Shown here one piece after another: positions 16,449-25,813 of a stretch of 40,890 nt of DNA (position 1 is the first letter of the stretch; each line of letters opens with the position of its first letter). A program made the translations under genes and the position numbers. The notes under the pieces were generated by a model. It searched no databases. It was not told the origin of the DNA and worked only from the letters and a program-made list of their open reading frames with translations. This stretch comes from a virus. Lineage: Duplodnaviria > Heunggongvirae > Uroviricota > Caudoviricetes. The stretch lies in the IMG/VR virus record IMGVR_UViG_2877953467_000002. The stretch is one strand, 5' to 3'.

Positions 16449-16982
16449 ATGAACGCAAAAATCAGATACGGCCTGTCGGCTGCCGTTCTGGCACTGATTG
16501 CCGTCGGTGCGCCCGCGCCTGATATTCTCGACCAGTTTCTGGATGAAAAAGAAGGTAACCACACAACGGCATACCGCGATGGGTCCGGCATCTGGACCAT
16601 CTGTCGGGGTGCCACGATGGTGGATGGAAAACCCGTTTTTCCCGGTATGAAACTGTCGAAGGAAAAATGCGACCAGGTCAACGCCATTGAGCGTGATAAG
16701 GCGCTGGCATGGGTGGAGCGCAATATTAAAGTACTACTGACCGAACCACAAAAAGCGGGTATAGCGTCATTCTGTCCCTATAACATTGGCCCCGGTAAGT
16801 GTTTCCCGTCGACGTTTTATAAGCGGCTGAATGCCGGTGATCGTAAGGGCGCATGCGAGGCGATTCGCTGGTGGATAAAAGATGGTGGGCGCGATTGCCG
16901 CATACGTTCAAATAACTGCTATGGACAGGTTATTCGTCGTGACCAGGAAAGCGCATTAGCCTGTTGGGGGATAGAGCAGTGA
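16449..16982 (+). CDS. R: SAR endolysin (T4-lysozyme-like GH24 muramidase, R21-type)
   Basis: 177 aa; N-terminal signal-anchor-release segment ([18 protein letters not shown]); E...D...T catalytic region ([20 protein letters not shown]); pairs with the pinholin. Confidence 0.9.
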   Translation: MNAKIRYGLSAAVLALIAVGAPAPDILDQFLDEKEGNHTTAYRDGSGIWTICRGATMVDGKPVFPGMKLSKEKCDQVNAIERDKALAWVERNIKVLLTEPQKAGIASFCPYNIGPGKCFPSTFYKRLNAGDRKGACEAIRWWIKDGGRDCRIRSNNCYGQVIRRDQESALACWGIEQ

Positions 16983-17440
16983 GCAGAGTCGCCGCGATTA
17001 TTTATGCTTTGGTTATCTGCATCATCGTCTGCCTGTCGTGGGCGGTCAATCATTACCGTGATAACGCCATCGCCTACAAAGAACAGCGTGATAAAAAAGT
17101 CAGTGAGCTGAAGCAGGCGATCGCCACTATCGCTGACATGCAGCAGCGTCAGCGTGATGTTGCTGCACTCGATGCAAAGTACTCGAGAGAATTAGCCAAT
17201 GCGAAAGCTGAAAATGAAACTCTGCGCGCTGATGTTGCCGCTGGTCGTCGTCGGTTGCACATCAAAGCAGTCTGTCAGTCAGTGCGTGAAGCCACCACCG
17301 CCTCCGGCGTGGATAATGCAACCAGCCCCCGACTGGCAGACACCGCTGAACGGGATTATTTCACCCTCAGAGAGAGGCTGATCACAATGCAAAAACAACT
17401 GGAAGGAACCCAGAAGTATATTAATGAGCAGTGCAGATAG
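16979..17440 (+). CDS. Rz: i-spanin Rz
   Basis: About 153 aa from GTG 16979 overlapping the endolysin stop; N-terminal TM helix and coiled-coil-like periplasmic part; contains the embedded Rz1 frame. Confidence 0.75.
   Translation: MSRVAAIIYALVICIIVCLSWAVNHYRDNAIAYKEQRDKKVSELKQAIATIADMQQRQRDVAALDAKYSRELANAKAENETLRADVAAGRRRLHIKAVCQSVREATTASGVDNATSPRLADTAERDYFTLRERLITMQKQLEGTQKYINEQCR
17199..17381 (+). CDS. Rz1: o-spanin Rz1 (lipoprotein) embedded in the +1 frame of Rz
   Basis: 60 aa; signal peptide with lipobox LVVVGC; proline-rich mature part (KPPPPPAW). Confidence 0.7.
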   Translation: MRKLKMKLCALMLPLVVVGCTSKQSVSQCVKPPPPPAWIMQPAPDWQTPLNGIISPSERG

Positions 17441-17471
17441 AGCTGCCCATATCGATGGGCAACTCATGCAA

Positions 17472-17765
17472 TTATTGTGAGCAATACACACGCGCTTCCA
17501 GTGGAGTATAAATGCCTAAAGTAATAAAACCGAGAAATCCATTTACGAATGTTTGCTGGGTTTCTGTTTTAACAACATTTTCTGCGCCGCCACAAATTTT
17601 GGCTGCATCAACAGTTTTCTCCTGTCCAATTCCCGAAACGAAGAAATGATGGGTGATGGTTTCCTTTGGTGTTACTGCTGTCGGTTTGTTTCCAACAGTA
17701 AACGTCTGTTGAGCACATCCTGTAATAAGCATTGCCAGAGCGGCAGAAAACAACATTTTTTTCAT
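17472..17765 (-). CDS. bor: Bor lipoprotein (serum-resistance moron)
   Basis: 97 aa MKKMLFSAALAMLITGCAQQ...; lipobox ITGC; matches lambda Bor as recalled; sits after Rz as in lambda. Confidence 0.9.
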   Translation of the reverse strand: MKKMLFSAALAMLITGCAQQTFTVGNKPTAVTPKETITHHFFVSGIGQEKTVDAAKICGGAENVVKTETQQTFVNGFLGFITLGIYTPLEARVYCSQ

Positions 17766-17945
17766 CTTATTATCCTGCATTGTTAAAAACGGCAGAATCC
17801 TATGTGACAACAATTAAACGATAGTTAAATGGATTGATGAAAATTAAAACTATATAGGTGGATGCTCAGCCTATTGGAGGTAGTCAGGATTTGAATGTCA
17901 GTCTGTTGTCGGCATTCTGGCAATGCAATTTGGATAAAGCGGGGA

Positions 17946-18068
17946 TTAAAAAGATAGAGGCGAGCCGGTCAGGTAGAAATGAATCAGGCTCAAAGTGAAG
18001 CGGAAAAGGTCTGTGGCACAAGCTGATGCAGCCATAATTACAGCCTGATGATTTGTGGAATGAAACAT
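17946..18068 (-). CDS. Possible small ORF (40 aa) upstream of bor on the same strand
   Basis: Manual translation MFHSTNHQAVIMAASACATDLFRFTLSLIHFYLTGSPLSF; perfect AAGGAGG SD 6 nt before the ATG; no other support. Confidence 0.25.
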   Translation of the reverse strand: MFHSTNHQAVIMAASACATDLFRFTLSLIHFYLTGSPLSF

Positions 18069-18148
18069 GTTGAACCTCCTTAATTGATGTTATTCGAGTG
18101 ATGAAGGCATTCTGTCCTTCTATAGTGTCCAGTAAATCAAACAGGAAA

Positions 18149-18170
18149 CTTGTCCAACGTGTTGGACAAG
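18149..18170. repeat. Perfect 22-bp palindrome CTTGTCCAACGTGTTGGACAAG
   Basis: Read directly; about 120 bp upstream of the HNH endonuclease gene in the AT-rich spacer between bor and the packaging module. Confidence 0.5.
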
Positions 18171-18290
18171 CCTCTCCATTAGTGAGTTGTATTGATCACA
18201 ACTCTACAAAGAATTCATTACTGGGTAGATGAAAATAGTTTCACTATGAATGGAGGAGGCTATGTCGGTGGCTTCTTCATTGGAGTACAT

Positions 18291-18641
18291 ATGCCCCCAC
18301 GAATCCCACGCGCCTGCCGTAAGCGTGGATGTGCAGGTACAACCACAGACAGTTCTGGTTACTGCGATAAACATCGTGGCGAAGGATGGGTACAGCATCA
18401 ACGCGGACTGAGCCGCCACCAGCGTGGCTATGGCTCGAAATGGGATGCCATACGTGCGCGCATACTGAAGCGTGATAATCATCTGTGTCAGAACTGCCTG
18501 CGCAATGGGAGAGCCGTTGAAGCCAGAACTGTGGACCACATCATTCCGAAAGCTCATGGTGGCACGGATGCAGACAGTAACCTGCAGAGTCTGTGCTGGC
18601 CCTGTCATAAAGCAAAAACAGCGCGCGAACGCCTCAATTGA
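18291..18641 (+). CDS. HNH endonuclease (terminase-associated)
   Basis: About 116 aa from ATG 18291; HNH motif (VDHIIPKAHGG...N...CWPCHKAK); precedes terS/terL as in HK97-like cos phages. Confidence 0.8.
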   Translation: MPPRIPRACRKRGCAGTTTDSSGYCDKHRGEGWVQHQRGLSRHQRGYGSKWDAIRARILKRDNHLCQNCLRNGRAVEARTVDHIIPKAHGGTDADSNLQSLCWPCHKAKTARERLN

Positions 18642-18788
18642 TAACAGTTCCCATCTGTAGGGGAGGGGCAGGTCAAATCTCTGCAACCCTGGCTGCTCAG
18701 TACCGCCGCCTGACCTTTCCTCGCATCGCCGCAGGTTCGAAAACTTTTTTTTGGAATGTGATTAAATGATTGATAGGTAAAATCGATT

Positions 18789-19271
18789 ATGTCTGGACCC
18801 CCGAAAACCCCGCCACGCCTGCATTTGATACGAGGTAACCCCTCAAAGCGGCCAGTTAAAGACTCCAAAAAAACCGCTAAAAAGGATGAAAAAGGTCTCC
18901 CTAAAATTCCGCAACATTTAGGGGCGCAGGGGAAGTACTGGTTCAGGCGAATGGCGGAAGAGCTGAATGCGGAAGGGATCATTTCTCAGCTCGATGCACG
19001 TGCGCTCGAGTTACTGGTGGAAGCCTACACCGAATACCGGCATCACTGCGAAATACTCGATGTTGAGGGTTATACCTACCGCACGGAAACGCAGAATGGC
19101 GATGTGCTGATCAAGGCACACCCGGCTGCTGCGATGAAGGCTGATGCCTGGAAGCGGATTCGGGCGATGCTTGCAGAGTTTGGTATGTCACCGGCAAGCC
19201 GGGCGAAAGTAAATACCGCCGGACCGGATGATGTTGATCCGCTGGCAGAGCTTTTAAAAGCGAGAGACTGA
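18789..19271 (+). CDS. terS: Terminase small subunit (P27-family-like)
   Basis: 160 aa; basic N-terminus; immediately upstream of and overlapping the large terminase. Confidence 0.75.
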   Translation: MSGPPKTPPRLHLIRGNPSKRPVKDSKKTAKKDEKGLPKIPQHLGAQGKYWFRRMAEELNAEGIISQLDARALELLVEAYTEYRHHCEILDVEGYTYRTETQNGDVLIKAHPAAAMKADAWKRIRAMLAEFGMSPASRAKVNTAGPDDVDPLAELLKARD

Positions 19272-21028
19272 TGGCAAAAGTGGCTGACGGGATCCGCTAC
19301 GCCGAACGTGTTGTTGCAGGAGAAATTGTTGCTGGCGAATTTGTCCGTCTGGCCTGCCAGCGTTTTCTTGATGATCTGAAGTACGGCGAAGAGCGGGGGA
19401 TTTATTTCAGTGAACCCCGTGCACAGCACATCCTTAATTTCTACAAATTTGTACCCCATGTGAAAGGGGCGCTGGCAGGTCAGCCCATTGAGTTGATGGA
19501 CTGGCATGTGTTTATCCTCATTAATATTTTTGGTTTTGTCATTCCGCTGGTGAATGAAGAAACCGGGGAAGTTGTCATGCGCAGCGATGGCAGTGGACGC
19601 CCGGTGATGGTGCGCCGGTTCCGGACAGCATACAACGAAGTTGCCCGTAAAAACGCAAAATCAACCCTGTCATCGGGTATCGGTCTGTATATGACGGGGG
19701 CAGATGGTGAAGGCGGGGCTGAGGTGTATTCAGCCGCAACCACGCGTGACCAGGCCAGAATTGTGTTTGAAGACGCCAAAAATATGGTCAGAAAAGCCCG
19801 GTCGACACTCGGGCGGTTGTTTGATTTCAACAAGCTGGCGATTTACCAGGAGCAGAGCGCATCAAAATTTGAACCGCTTTCCTCGGATGCAAACAACCTG
19901 GACGGTCTGAACATCCACTGCGCCATTATTGATGAGCTGCATGCTCATAAAACCCATGACGTGTGGGACGTTCTGGAAACGGCAACCGGTGCCCGTCTGC
20001 AGTCTCTGTTATTTGGCATCACCACGGCTGGCTTTAACAAGGAAGGGATTTGCTACGAGCAGCGCGATTACGCCATTAAGGTATTGCGAGGCTATAACAG
20101 CGACGTGGAGGGCGCGGTAAAAGACGACTCCTACTTTGCGATCATTTACACGCTCGATGAGGGAGATGATCCGTTTGATGAAACGGTCTGGCAGAAAGCG
20201 AATCCTGGCCTGGGCATCTGTAAACGCTGGGATGATCTGCGTCGTCTGGCGAAAAAAGCGAAGGAGCAGGTCTCTGCGCGGGTGAATTTTTTTACCAAAC
20301 ACATGAATGTGTGGGTCACTGCCGAATCTGCCTGGATGGATATGATTAAGTGGGAGAAGTGCGAATACATTGCTCCACAACATGAGCTGAAAACATATCC
20401 CATGTGGGTCGGCGTCGACCTTGCTCATAAGATTGATATCTGTGCGGCGGCAAAACTCTGGCGAACCGATAACGGACATGTTCATGCTGATTTTAAATTC
20501 TGGCTTCCGGAAGGACGGCTGGAGCGATGCTCGCGGCAGCAGGCAGAACTTTACCGGAAGTGGGCGGAGATGGATAAGCTCATCCTGACGGATGGTGATG
20601 TTATCGATCATGCTCAGATAAAAAGTGACTTACTGGAATGGATTGGCGGTGAAAACCTCAGGGAACTGGGATTTGACCCGTGGAGCGCAATGCAGTTCAG
20701 CCTGGCACTGGCTGAAGAAGGGATACCGCTGGTGGAGGTTCCGCAGACGGTCCGCAATCTGTCAGAGGCCATGAAGGAAACGGAATCACTGGTTTATGCC
20801 GGGCGTTTCCATCACAGCAATCATCCGGTCATGAACTGGATGATGTCTAACGTTACGGTAAAACCGGACAAAAACGACAACATCTTCCCGAATAAATCCA
20901 CGCCTGAAGCCAAAATCGACGGCCCTGTTGCGCTTTTTACGGCCATGAGCCGCTTTCTGGTAAATGGCGGGGGCGTGAATGACTTTCTGTCCACGCTTGA
21001 TCCTGATGAGGACCTGTTAATTCTGTGA
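19271..21028 (+). CDS. terL: Terminase large subunit (HK97-type)
   Basis: 585 aa; size and position; ATPase and nuclease regions typical of TerL; ATG overlaps the terS stop (TGATG). Confidence 0.9.
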   Translation: MAKVADGIRYAERVVAGEIVAGEFVRLACQRFLDDLKYGEERGIYFSEPRAQHILNFYKFVPHVKGALAGQPIELMDWHVFILINIFGFVIPLVNEETGEVVMRSDGSGRPVMVRRFRTAYNEVARKNAKSTLSSGIGLYMTGADGEGGAEVYSAATTRDQARIVFEDAKNMVRKARSTLGRLFDFNKLAIYQEQSASKFEPLSSDANNLDGLNIHCAIIDELHAHKTHDVWDVLETATGARLQSLLFGITTAGFNKEGICYEQRDYAIKVLRGYNSDVEGAVKDDSYFAIIYTLDEGDDPFDETVWQKANPGLGICKRWDDLRRLAKKAKEQVSARVNFFTKHMNVWVTAESAWMDMIKWEKCEYIAPQHELKTYPMWVGVDLAHKIDICAAAKLWRTDNGHVHADFKFWLPEGRLERCSRQQAELYRKWAEMDKLILTDGDVIDHAQIKSDLLEWIGGENLRELGFDPWSAMQFSLALAEEGIPLVEVPQTVRNLSEAMKETESLVYAGRFHHSNHPVMNWMMSNVTVKPDKNDNIFPNKSTPEAKIDGPVALFTAMSRFLVNGGGVNDFLSTLDPDEDLLIL

Positions 21029-21186
21029 AACAGCTTATTACTGATATGACCGGGCTGATCGGTTTCGGTTTGCTCACTGCTGGCGTTTATCTGTATGCAG
21101 GTCTGCCAGCGTCTCTGATGCTGTCGGGCTGTTTGTTGCTGCTTTATGCACTGGTAGTGTCCATGAGGAGAAAACATGCTTCTTGA
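21025..21186 (+). CDS. Possible small hydrophobic protein between terL and portal
   Basis: Manual translation from GTG 21025 (or ATG 21046): two hydrophobic segments (LIGFGLLTAGVYLYAGLPASLMLSGCLLLLYALVV); overlaps both neighbours; not in the ORF track. Confidence 0.35.
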   Translation: MKQLITDMTGLIGFGLLTAGVYLYAGLPASLMLSGCLLLLYALVVSMRRKHAS

Positions 21187-22402
21187 TGCTCTGTTTCGCA
21201 GTGAGTCTCTGGAAAATCCCTCGGTTCCGGTAACCGGAGAGGCCGCTGAGACGGATAATATTTTTGCCCGGGATGTGTATGTCAGTCCGGAAACATCCAT
21301 GAAGCTGGCTGCTGTCTATGCCTGTATTTATGTTATTTCATCCAGTGTGGCTCAGATGCCCCTGCATGTGATGCGAAAAACGAATGAGCATGTTCAGCCT
21401 GCACGCGATCATCCGTTGTTCTGGCTCGTTCATGATGAACCTAATGCCTGGCAGACCAGCTATAAGTGGCGGGAACTGAAGCAGCGTCATGTGCTGGGGT
21501 GGGGCAATGGTTATACGTGGGTAAAACGTAATCGTCGTGGAGAGGTTACCAGCCTTGAATGCTGTATGCCATGGGAAACCACGTTACTTAACACCGGTGG
21601 GCGTCATACTTACGGGGTGTATAACGAAGAGGGTGCATTTGCGGTAAGTCCGGACGACATGATCCATATCAGGGCGCTGGGAAACAATCAGAAAATGGGA
21701 CTGAGCCCGATCATGCAGCATGCTGAAACCATTGGTATGGGAATGAGTGGCCAGCAGTATACCAGCGCCTTTTTTAACGGTAATGCCCGTCCTGCCGGTA
21801 TTATTTCTGTGAAAAATGAACTGAACGAACAGAGCTGGGGCAGGCTTAAAAATATGTGGCAGCGGGCGGTGACAGCGCTTCGCAGCCAGGAAAATAAAAC
21901 CATGCTGTTGCCTGCGCAACTGGATTACCGCGCTCTGACAGTTTCTCCGGTGGATGCTCAGATCATTGATATGACCAAGCTGAACAGGTCGATGATTGCA
22001 GGGATTTTTAATGTCCCGGCGCACATGATTAATGACCTGGAAAAAGCCACATTTTCGAATATTACGCAGCAGGCGATTCAGTTTGTTCGCTACACGATGA
22101 TGCCCTGGGTTGCGAACTGGGAGCAGGAGCTTAACCGTCGCCTGTTTACCCGTACAGAACGGGCTGCCGGGTATTACGTTCGTTTTAACCTCACGGGGTT
22201 GCTCCGTGGGACCCCACAGGAGCGTGCGCAGTTCTATCACTTTGCCATTACAGATGGCTGGATGAGTCGGAATGAAGCCAGGGCATTTGAGGATATGAAC
22301 CCGGTTGACGGTCTGGATGAAATGCTGGTCAGCGTAAATGCAGCAAATCCGTTGAATAACTTTAAAGATACGAAAGGCAAAGAGGAAAAGAACGATGAAT
22401 GA
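21176..22402 (+). CDS. Portal protein (HK97 family)
   Basis: 408 aa, directly after the terminase and before the prohead protease. Confidence 0.9.
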   Translation: MLLDALFRSESLENPSVPVTGEAAETDNIFARDVYVSPETSMKLAAVYACIYVISSSVAQMPLHVMRKTNEHVQPARDHPLFWLVHDEPNAWQTSYKWRELKQRHVLGWGNGYTWVKRNRRGEVTSLECCMPWETTLLNTGGRHTYGVYNEEGAFAVSPDDMIHIRALGNNQKMGLSPIMQHAETIGMGMSGQQYTSAFFNGNARPAGIISVKNELNEQSWGRLKNMWQRAVTALRSQENKTMLLPAQLDYRALTVSPVDAQIIDMTKLNRSMIAGIFNVPAHMINDLEKATFSNITQQAIQFVRYTMMPWVANWEQELNRRLFTRTERAAGYYVRFNLTGLLRGTPQERAQFYHFAITDGWMSRNEARAFEDMNPVDGLDEMLVSVNAANPLNNFKDTKGKEEKNDE

Positions 22403-22993
22403 CCGTGAAACGCGCTGTTACAGCGGGGAGGTGCGGGCGGAACAATATGATAATGCCCGACCCACATTCTGGGGTATGGCTCGGTATTTAACAGTCGTTC
22501 AGAACCTCTGTGGGGATTTCGTGAAATCATCAAGCCGGGGGCTTTTGATGATGTACTGAATGATGATGTACGTGGCTTGTTTAATCATGATCCTAATTTC
22601 ATTCTCGGACGAAGTTCTGCCGGCACATTGTCATTGTCGGTGGATGAACGCGGTTTACGTTATGACATTGTTGCACCGGATACTCCGACTATTTGTGACC
22701 TGGTGCTGTCTCCAATGTTGCGTGGTGACATTAACCAGTCCTCGTTCGCGTTTCGTGTCGCCCGTGACGGAGAGAGCTGGTATGAAGACGACGAGGGGAT
22801 TGTTATCCGGGAAATCACGCGCATTTCTCGTCTGTATGACGTCAGCCCGGTGACATATCCGGCCTATCAGGACGCAGACTCCGGTGTCCGCTCAATGAAA
22901 GCCTGGCAGGAAGCGCGGGCGAGTGGTGCGCTGAAGAAAGCTGTTAATGAACGAATGGCGCGTGAGCGCCTTTTGACCCTTCTTAATGCATAA
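22395..22993 (+). pseudogene. Prohead protease (HK97 family), reading frame disrupted by an apparent 1-nt deletion near 22466
   Basis: N-terminal part (MNDRETRCYSGEVRAEQYDNARPT) is in one frame from ATG 22395; the rest (ILGYGSVFN...FREIIKPGAF...LFNHDPNFILGRSSAGTLSL...) continues in the -1 frame, which has no start codon before TTG 22577. Confidence 0.6.
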
Positions 22994-23007
22994 GGATACT
23001 ACTGACG

Positions 23008-24225
23008 ATGAAACTTCATGAGATGAAGCAAAAACGAAACACCATTGCAAAGGATATGCGTGCACTGCATGAAAAAATTGGTGATAACGCATGGACTGAT
23101 GAGCAACGGGCAGAGTGGAACAGGGCGAAAGCTGAGCTGGATGCGCTGGATGAGCAAATCGCCCGTGAAGAAGAGTTGCGCCGTCAGGATCAGGCATATG
23201 TGGATGAGTCCGGGCCGGAAGAGCGCCAGAATAATGAGGCGGAGAACGGGAAAAAGGCGGTGGAAGAGAAGCGTGCTGCGGCATTTAACCGTTTTCTGCG
23301 TGCCGGATTTGCAGAACTGAATGCTGAAGAGCGTAATCTGATGCGTGAACTGCGGGCTCAGAGTGTAACAACGGATTCTCAGGGCGGATATACGGTGCCC
23401 ACGCAGATGCGTAACAAAATCATTGACACCATGAAGGCTTATGGCGGGATTGCCAGTGTGGCGCAACTTCTGACCACATCAACCGGGCAGGATATCACCT
23501 GGTCAACGTCTGATGGCACGACTGAAGAGGGCGAACTGCTGGCGGAAAATACAGCCGCAACGGAACAGGATGTGACGTTCGGGACCGCTATTCTGGGGGC
23601 TAAAAAGCTGTCATCAAAAATAATTCGTGTGTCCAATGAGCTGCTCCAGGACAGTGGGGTGGATATTGAATCTTATCTGGCAAACCGTATTGCCCAGCGT
23701 ATTGGTCGTGGAGAGGCAAAATATCTGGTTCAGGGGACCGGAACGGGATCACCGTTACAGCCAAAAGGGCTGGCAGCGTCGGTGACGGGAACCATCCAGA
23801 CTGCAGCCTCTGCCGCTTTCACCTGGAAAGAAATGAATGCCCTGAAACATGCCATTGATCCGGCATATCGTGGTGGGCCGAAATACCGCTGGGCATTCAA
23901 TGATGCCACATTGCAGACTATTGAAGAGATGGAGGATGGACAGAAACGCCCGTTATGGCTGCCGGATATTGCAGGCGGTACGCCGGCTACTGTGCTGGGG
24001 ATCCCTTATGTTATTGATCAGGCTATTGACGGGATTGGTACTGGAAAAAAATTCATTTTCCTGGGGGATTTCAACCGCTTTATCATTCGCCGCGTTACTT
24101 ATATGGAACTGAAACGTCTGGTTGAGCGTTATGCTGAGTTTGATCAGGTGGCATTTCTGGCTTTCCATCGTTTTGACTGTGTGCTGGAAGATGTGGCAGC
24201 CATCAAGGCGCTCACTGGCAAATAA
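23008..24225 (+). CDS. Major capsid protein (HK97 fold) with N-terminal coiled-coil delta domain
   Basis: 405 aa; N-terminal region rich in E/R/A heptads; position after the protease; AAGGA RBS. Confidence 0.9.
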   Translation: MKLHEMKQKRNTIAKDMRALHEKIGDNAWTDEQRAEWNRAKAELDALDEQIAREEELRRQDQAYVDESGPEERQNNEAENGKKAVEEKRAAAFNRFLRAGFAELNAEERNLMRELRAQSVTTDSQGGYTVPTQMRNKIIDTMKAYGGIASVAQLLTTSTGQDITWSTSDGTTEEGELLAENTAATEQDVTFGTAILGAKKLSSKIIRVSNELLQDSGVDIESYLANRIAQRIGRGEAKYLVQGTGTGSPLQPKGLAASVTGTIQTAASAAFTWKEMNALKHAIDPAYRGGPKYRWAFNDATLQTIEEMEDGQKRPLWLPDIAGGTPATVLGIPYVIDQAIDGIGTGKKFIFLGDFNRFIIRRVTYMELKRLVERYAEFDQVAFLAFHRFDCVLEDVAAIKALTGK

Positions 24226-24247
24226 CCACTCGTTGTTCAGTTACAGA

Positions 24248-24268
24248 CCGCGCCGACGCGGTTTTTTT
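24248..24268 (+). terminator. Intrinsic terminator after the major capsid gene
   Basis: CCGCG-CCGA-CGCGG hairpin followed by TTTTTTT. Confidence 0.6.
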
Positions 24269-24301
24269 ATGCCCGCACAGTGTTGCGGGCAGGAGTTTCT
24301 G

Positions 24302-24619
24302 ATGGCAGCAATAGTGGAAAAACTCAGGGCGCAGTGCCGTATTGATACAGATGATGCAACTGATGATGAGTTACTGATGCTGTATTTCCGGGCTGCCTGC
24401 CGCAAGGCAGAAAATTTTATCAACCGTAAGCTTTATGAGGAGACGGTGCCGGAAGGTGATCCTGAAGGGGTGCTTATAGCTGATGATGTTTTGCTGGCGC
24501 TCATGTTGCTGGTCGGGCACTGGTGCGAAAACCGGGAAAATTCCTCAGATGTCAGTAAGGCACCAGTCCCGTTTGGTTTTTCTTCTCTGCTGGAGCCTTA
24601 TCGTTTTATTCCTTTGTAG
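24302..24619 (+). CDS. Head-tail connector (gp6-like DNA-packaging/head completion protein)
   Basis: About 105 aa from ATG 24302 (AGGAG RBS); first gene after the capsid gene. Confidence 0.55.
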   Translation: MAAIVEKLRAQCRIDTDDATDDELLMLYFRAACRKAENFINRKLYEETVPEGDPEGVLIADDVLLALMLLVGHWCENRENSSDVSKAPVPFGFSSLLEPYRFIPL

Positions 24620-24627
24620 GAGGAGAC

Positions 24628-24966
24628 ATGCAGGCGGGCAGATTACGTGATCGCGTAATTATTCTGAATGTCACCACCGCCCGCTCTCCGTCAGGGCATC
24701 CGGTGGAGACGGTGACGGAGGGAGCTACCGTATGGGCAGAAGTTAAGGGTATCAGCGGGAGGGAGATAATCTCAGGCGGAGCAGAAACCGCTCAGGCTAC
24801 GGTCAGAGTCTGGATGAGATTCCGGCGCGATGTGACAGCGACTTCACGTCTGAAAGTGCTGACCGGTGCATTTAAAGGGGCCATTCTGGGTATAGAAGGT
24901 CCACCAATACCGGATGCACGCGCTACCCGGCTTGAAATACTCTGCAGCCTGAAGGGGAATGTGTGA
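24628..24966 (+). CDS. Head closure / head-tail adaptor protein
   Basis: 112 aa; GGAGG RBS; conserved order in HK97-like head modules. Confidence 0.6.
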   Translation: MQAGRLRDRVIILNVTTARSPSGHPVETVTEGATVWAEVKGISGREIISGGAETAQATVRVWMRFRRDVTATSRLKVLTGAFKGAILGIEGPPIPDARATRLEILCSLKGNV

Positions 24967-25412
24967 TGGATTTCAGTCTTGATTTTTCCGGCCTGGCGGA
25001 TATTGCACGGGATTTGGAGACGCTCAGCAGGGCAGAAAACAATAAGGTTCTGCGCGATGCCACCCGTGCCGGTGCTGAAGTTATGCGGGATGCAGTTGTT
25101 GAACGTGCGCCGGAGCGAACCGGGAAACTGAAGAAAAATGTGGTTGTTCTCACTCAGCGTTCAAAGCGTCGGGGGGAAATTATCTCGGGTGTCCACATTC
25201 GCGGACGGAACCTGCGAACCGGAAACAGTGATAACAGCATGAAAGCCAGCGATCCCCGAAATGCATTTTACTGGCGCTTTGTGGAGCTGGGAACGATAAA
25301 CATGCCCGCGCATCCATTCATTCGCCCGGCTTTCGATACGACAGAGGAGCTGGCGGCGCAGGTTGCCATACAGCGAATGAATCAGGCTATTGATGAGGTC
25401 TTAAGTAAATGA
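24966..25412 (+). CDS. Tail-component protein (HK97 gp10-like)
   Basis: About 148 aa; overlaps the stop of the preceding gene; position in the head-tail joining block. Confidence 0.55.
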   Translation: MDFSLDFSGLADIARDLETLSRAENNKVLRDATRAGAEVMRDAVVERAPERTGKLKKNVVVLTQRSKRRGEIISGVHIRGRNLRTGNSDNSMKASDPRNAFYWRFVELGTINMPAHPFIRPAFDTTEELAAQVAIQRMNQAIDEVLSK

Positions 25413-25753
25413 GGGAGGGCACACTGTATTCCCTGTTGTCTCAGCTGGCCGGAGGACAGGTTTATCCTTATGTGGTCCCGCTGACGGAGGGAAAGCCTGC
25501 AGTATCTCCGCCGTGGCTGGTGTTTTCTGTGGTGTCTGACACGGTATCTGATGTGCTTGATGGGCAGGCTGAATCCAGAATTACCGTGCAGATCGATGTC
25601 TGGGCGACAGTACCTGATGACGCAGATAATATTCGTGAGCAGGCGCTTGATGCGGTAAGAAAACTGGCACCCTCCGTTATTTCTAAAACGCAGGGTTATG
25701 ATCCTGACTCCCGTCTGAGCAGAGCCACGCTTGAATTCCAGGTAATAGCCTGA
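25409..25753 (+). CDS. Tail terminator / tail completion protein (gpU-like)
   Basis: 114 aa; ATGA overlap with the upstream gene; immediately upstream of the major tail protein. Confidence 0.5.
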   Translation: MREGTLYSLLSQLAGGQVYPYVVPLTEGKPAVSPPWLVFSVVSDTVSDVLDGQAESRITVQIDVWATVPDDADNIREQALDAVRKLAPSVISKTQGYDPDSRLSRATLEFQVIA

Positions 25754-25813
25754 GGTCATTAATGATTTTACCCACCCGCCGCTGGCGGGTTTTTTTATTT
25801 TCAGGAGACGAGT

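Noticed and set aside
16964-16978. TTG start for Rz given by the ORF track
   Set aside because: GTG at 16979 overlaps the endolysin stop and has a GGGGGA RBS; the upstream TTG lies inside the endolysin coding sequence.
18204-18686. 160-aa minus-strand ORF
   Set aside because: Antisense to the HNH endonuclease gene, which has a clear HNH motif.
20009-22240. Minus-strand ORFs of 200 and 218 aa
   Set aside because: Antisense within the large terminase and portal genes.
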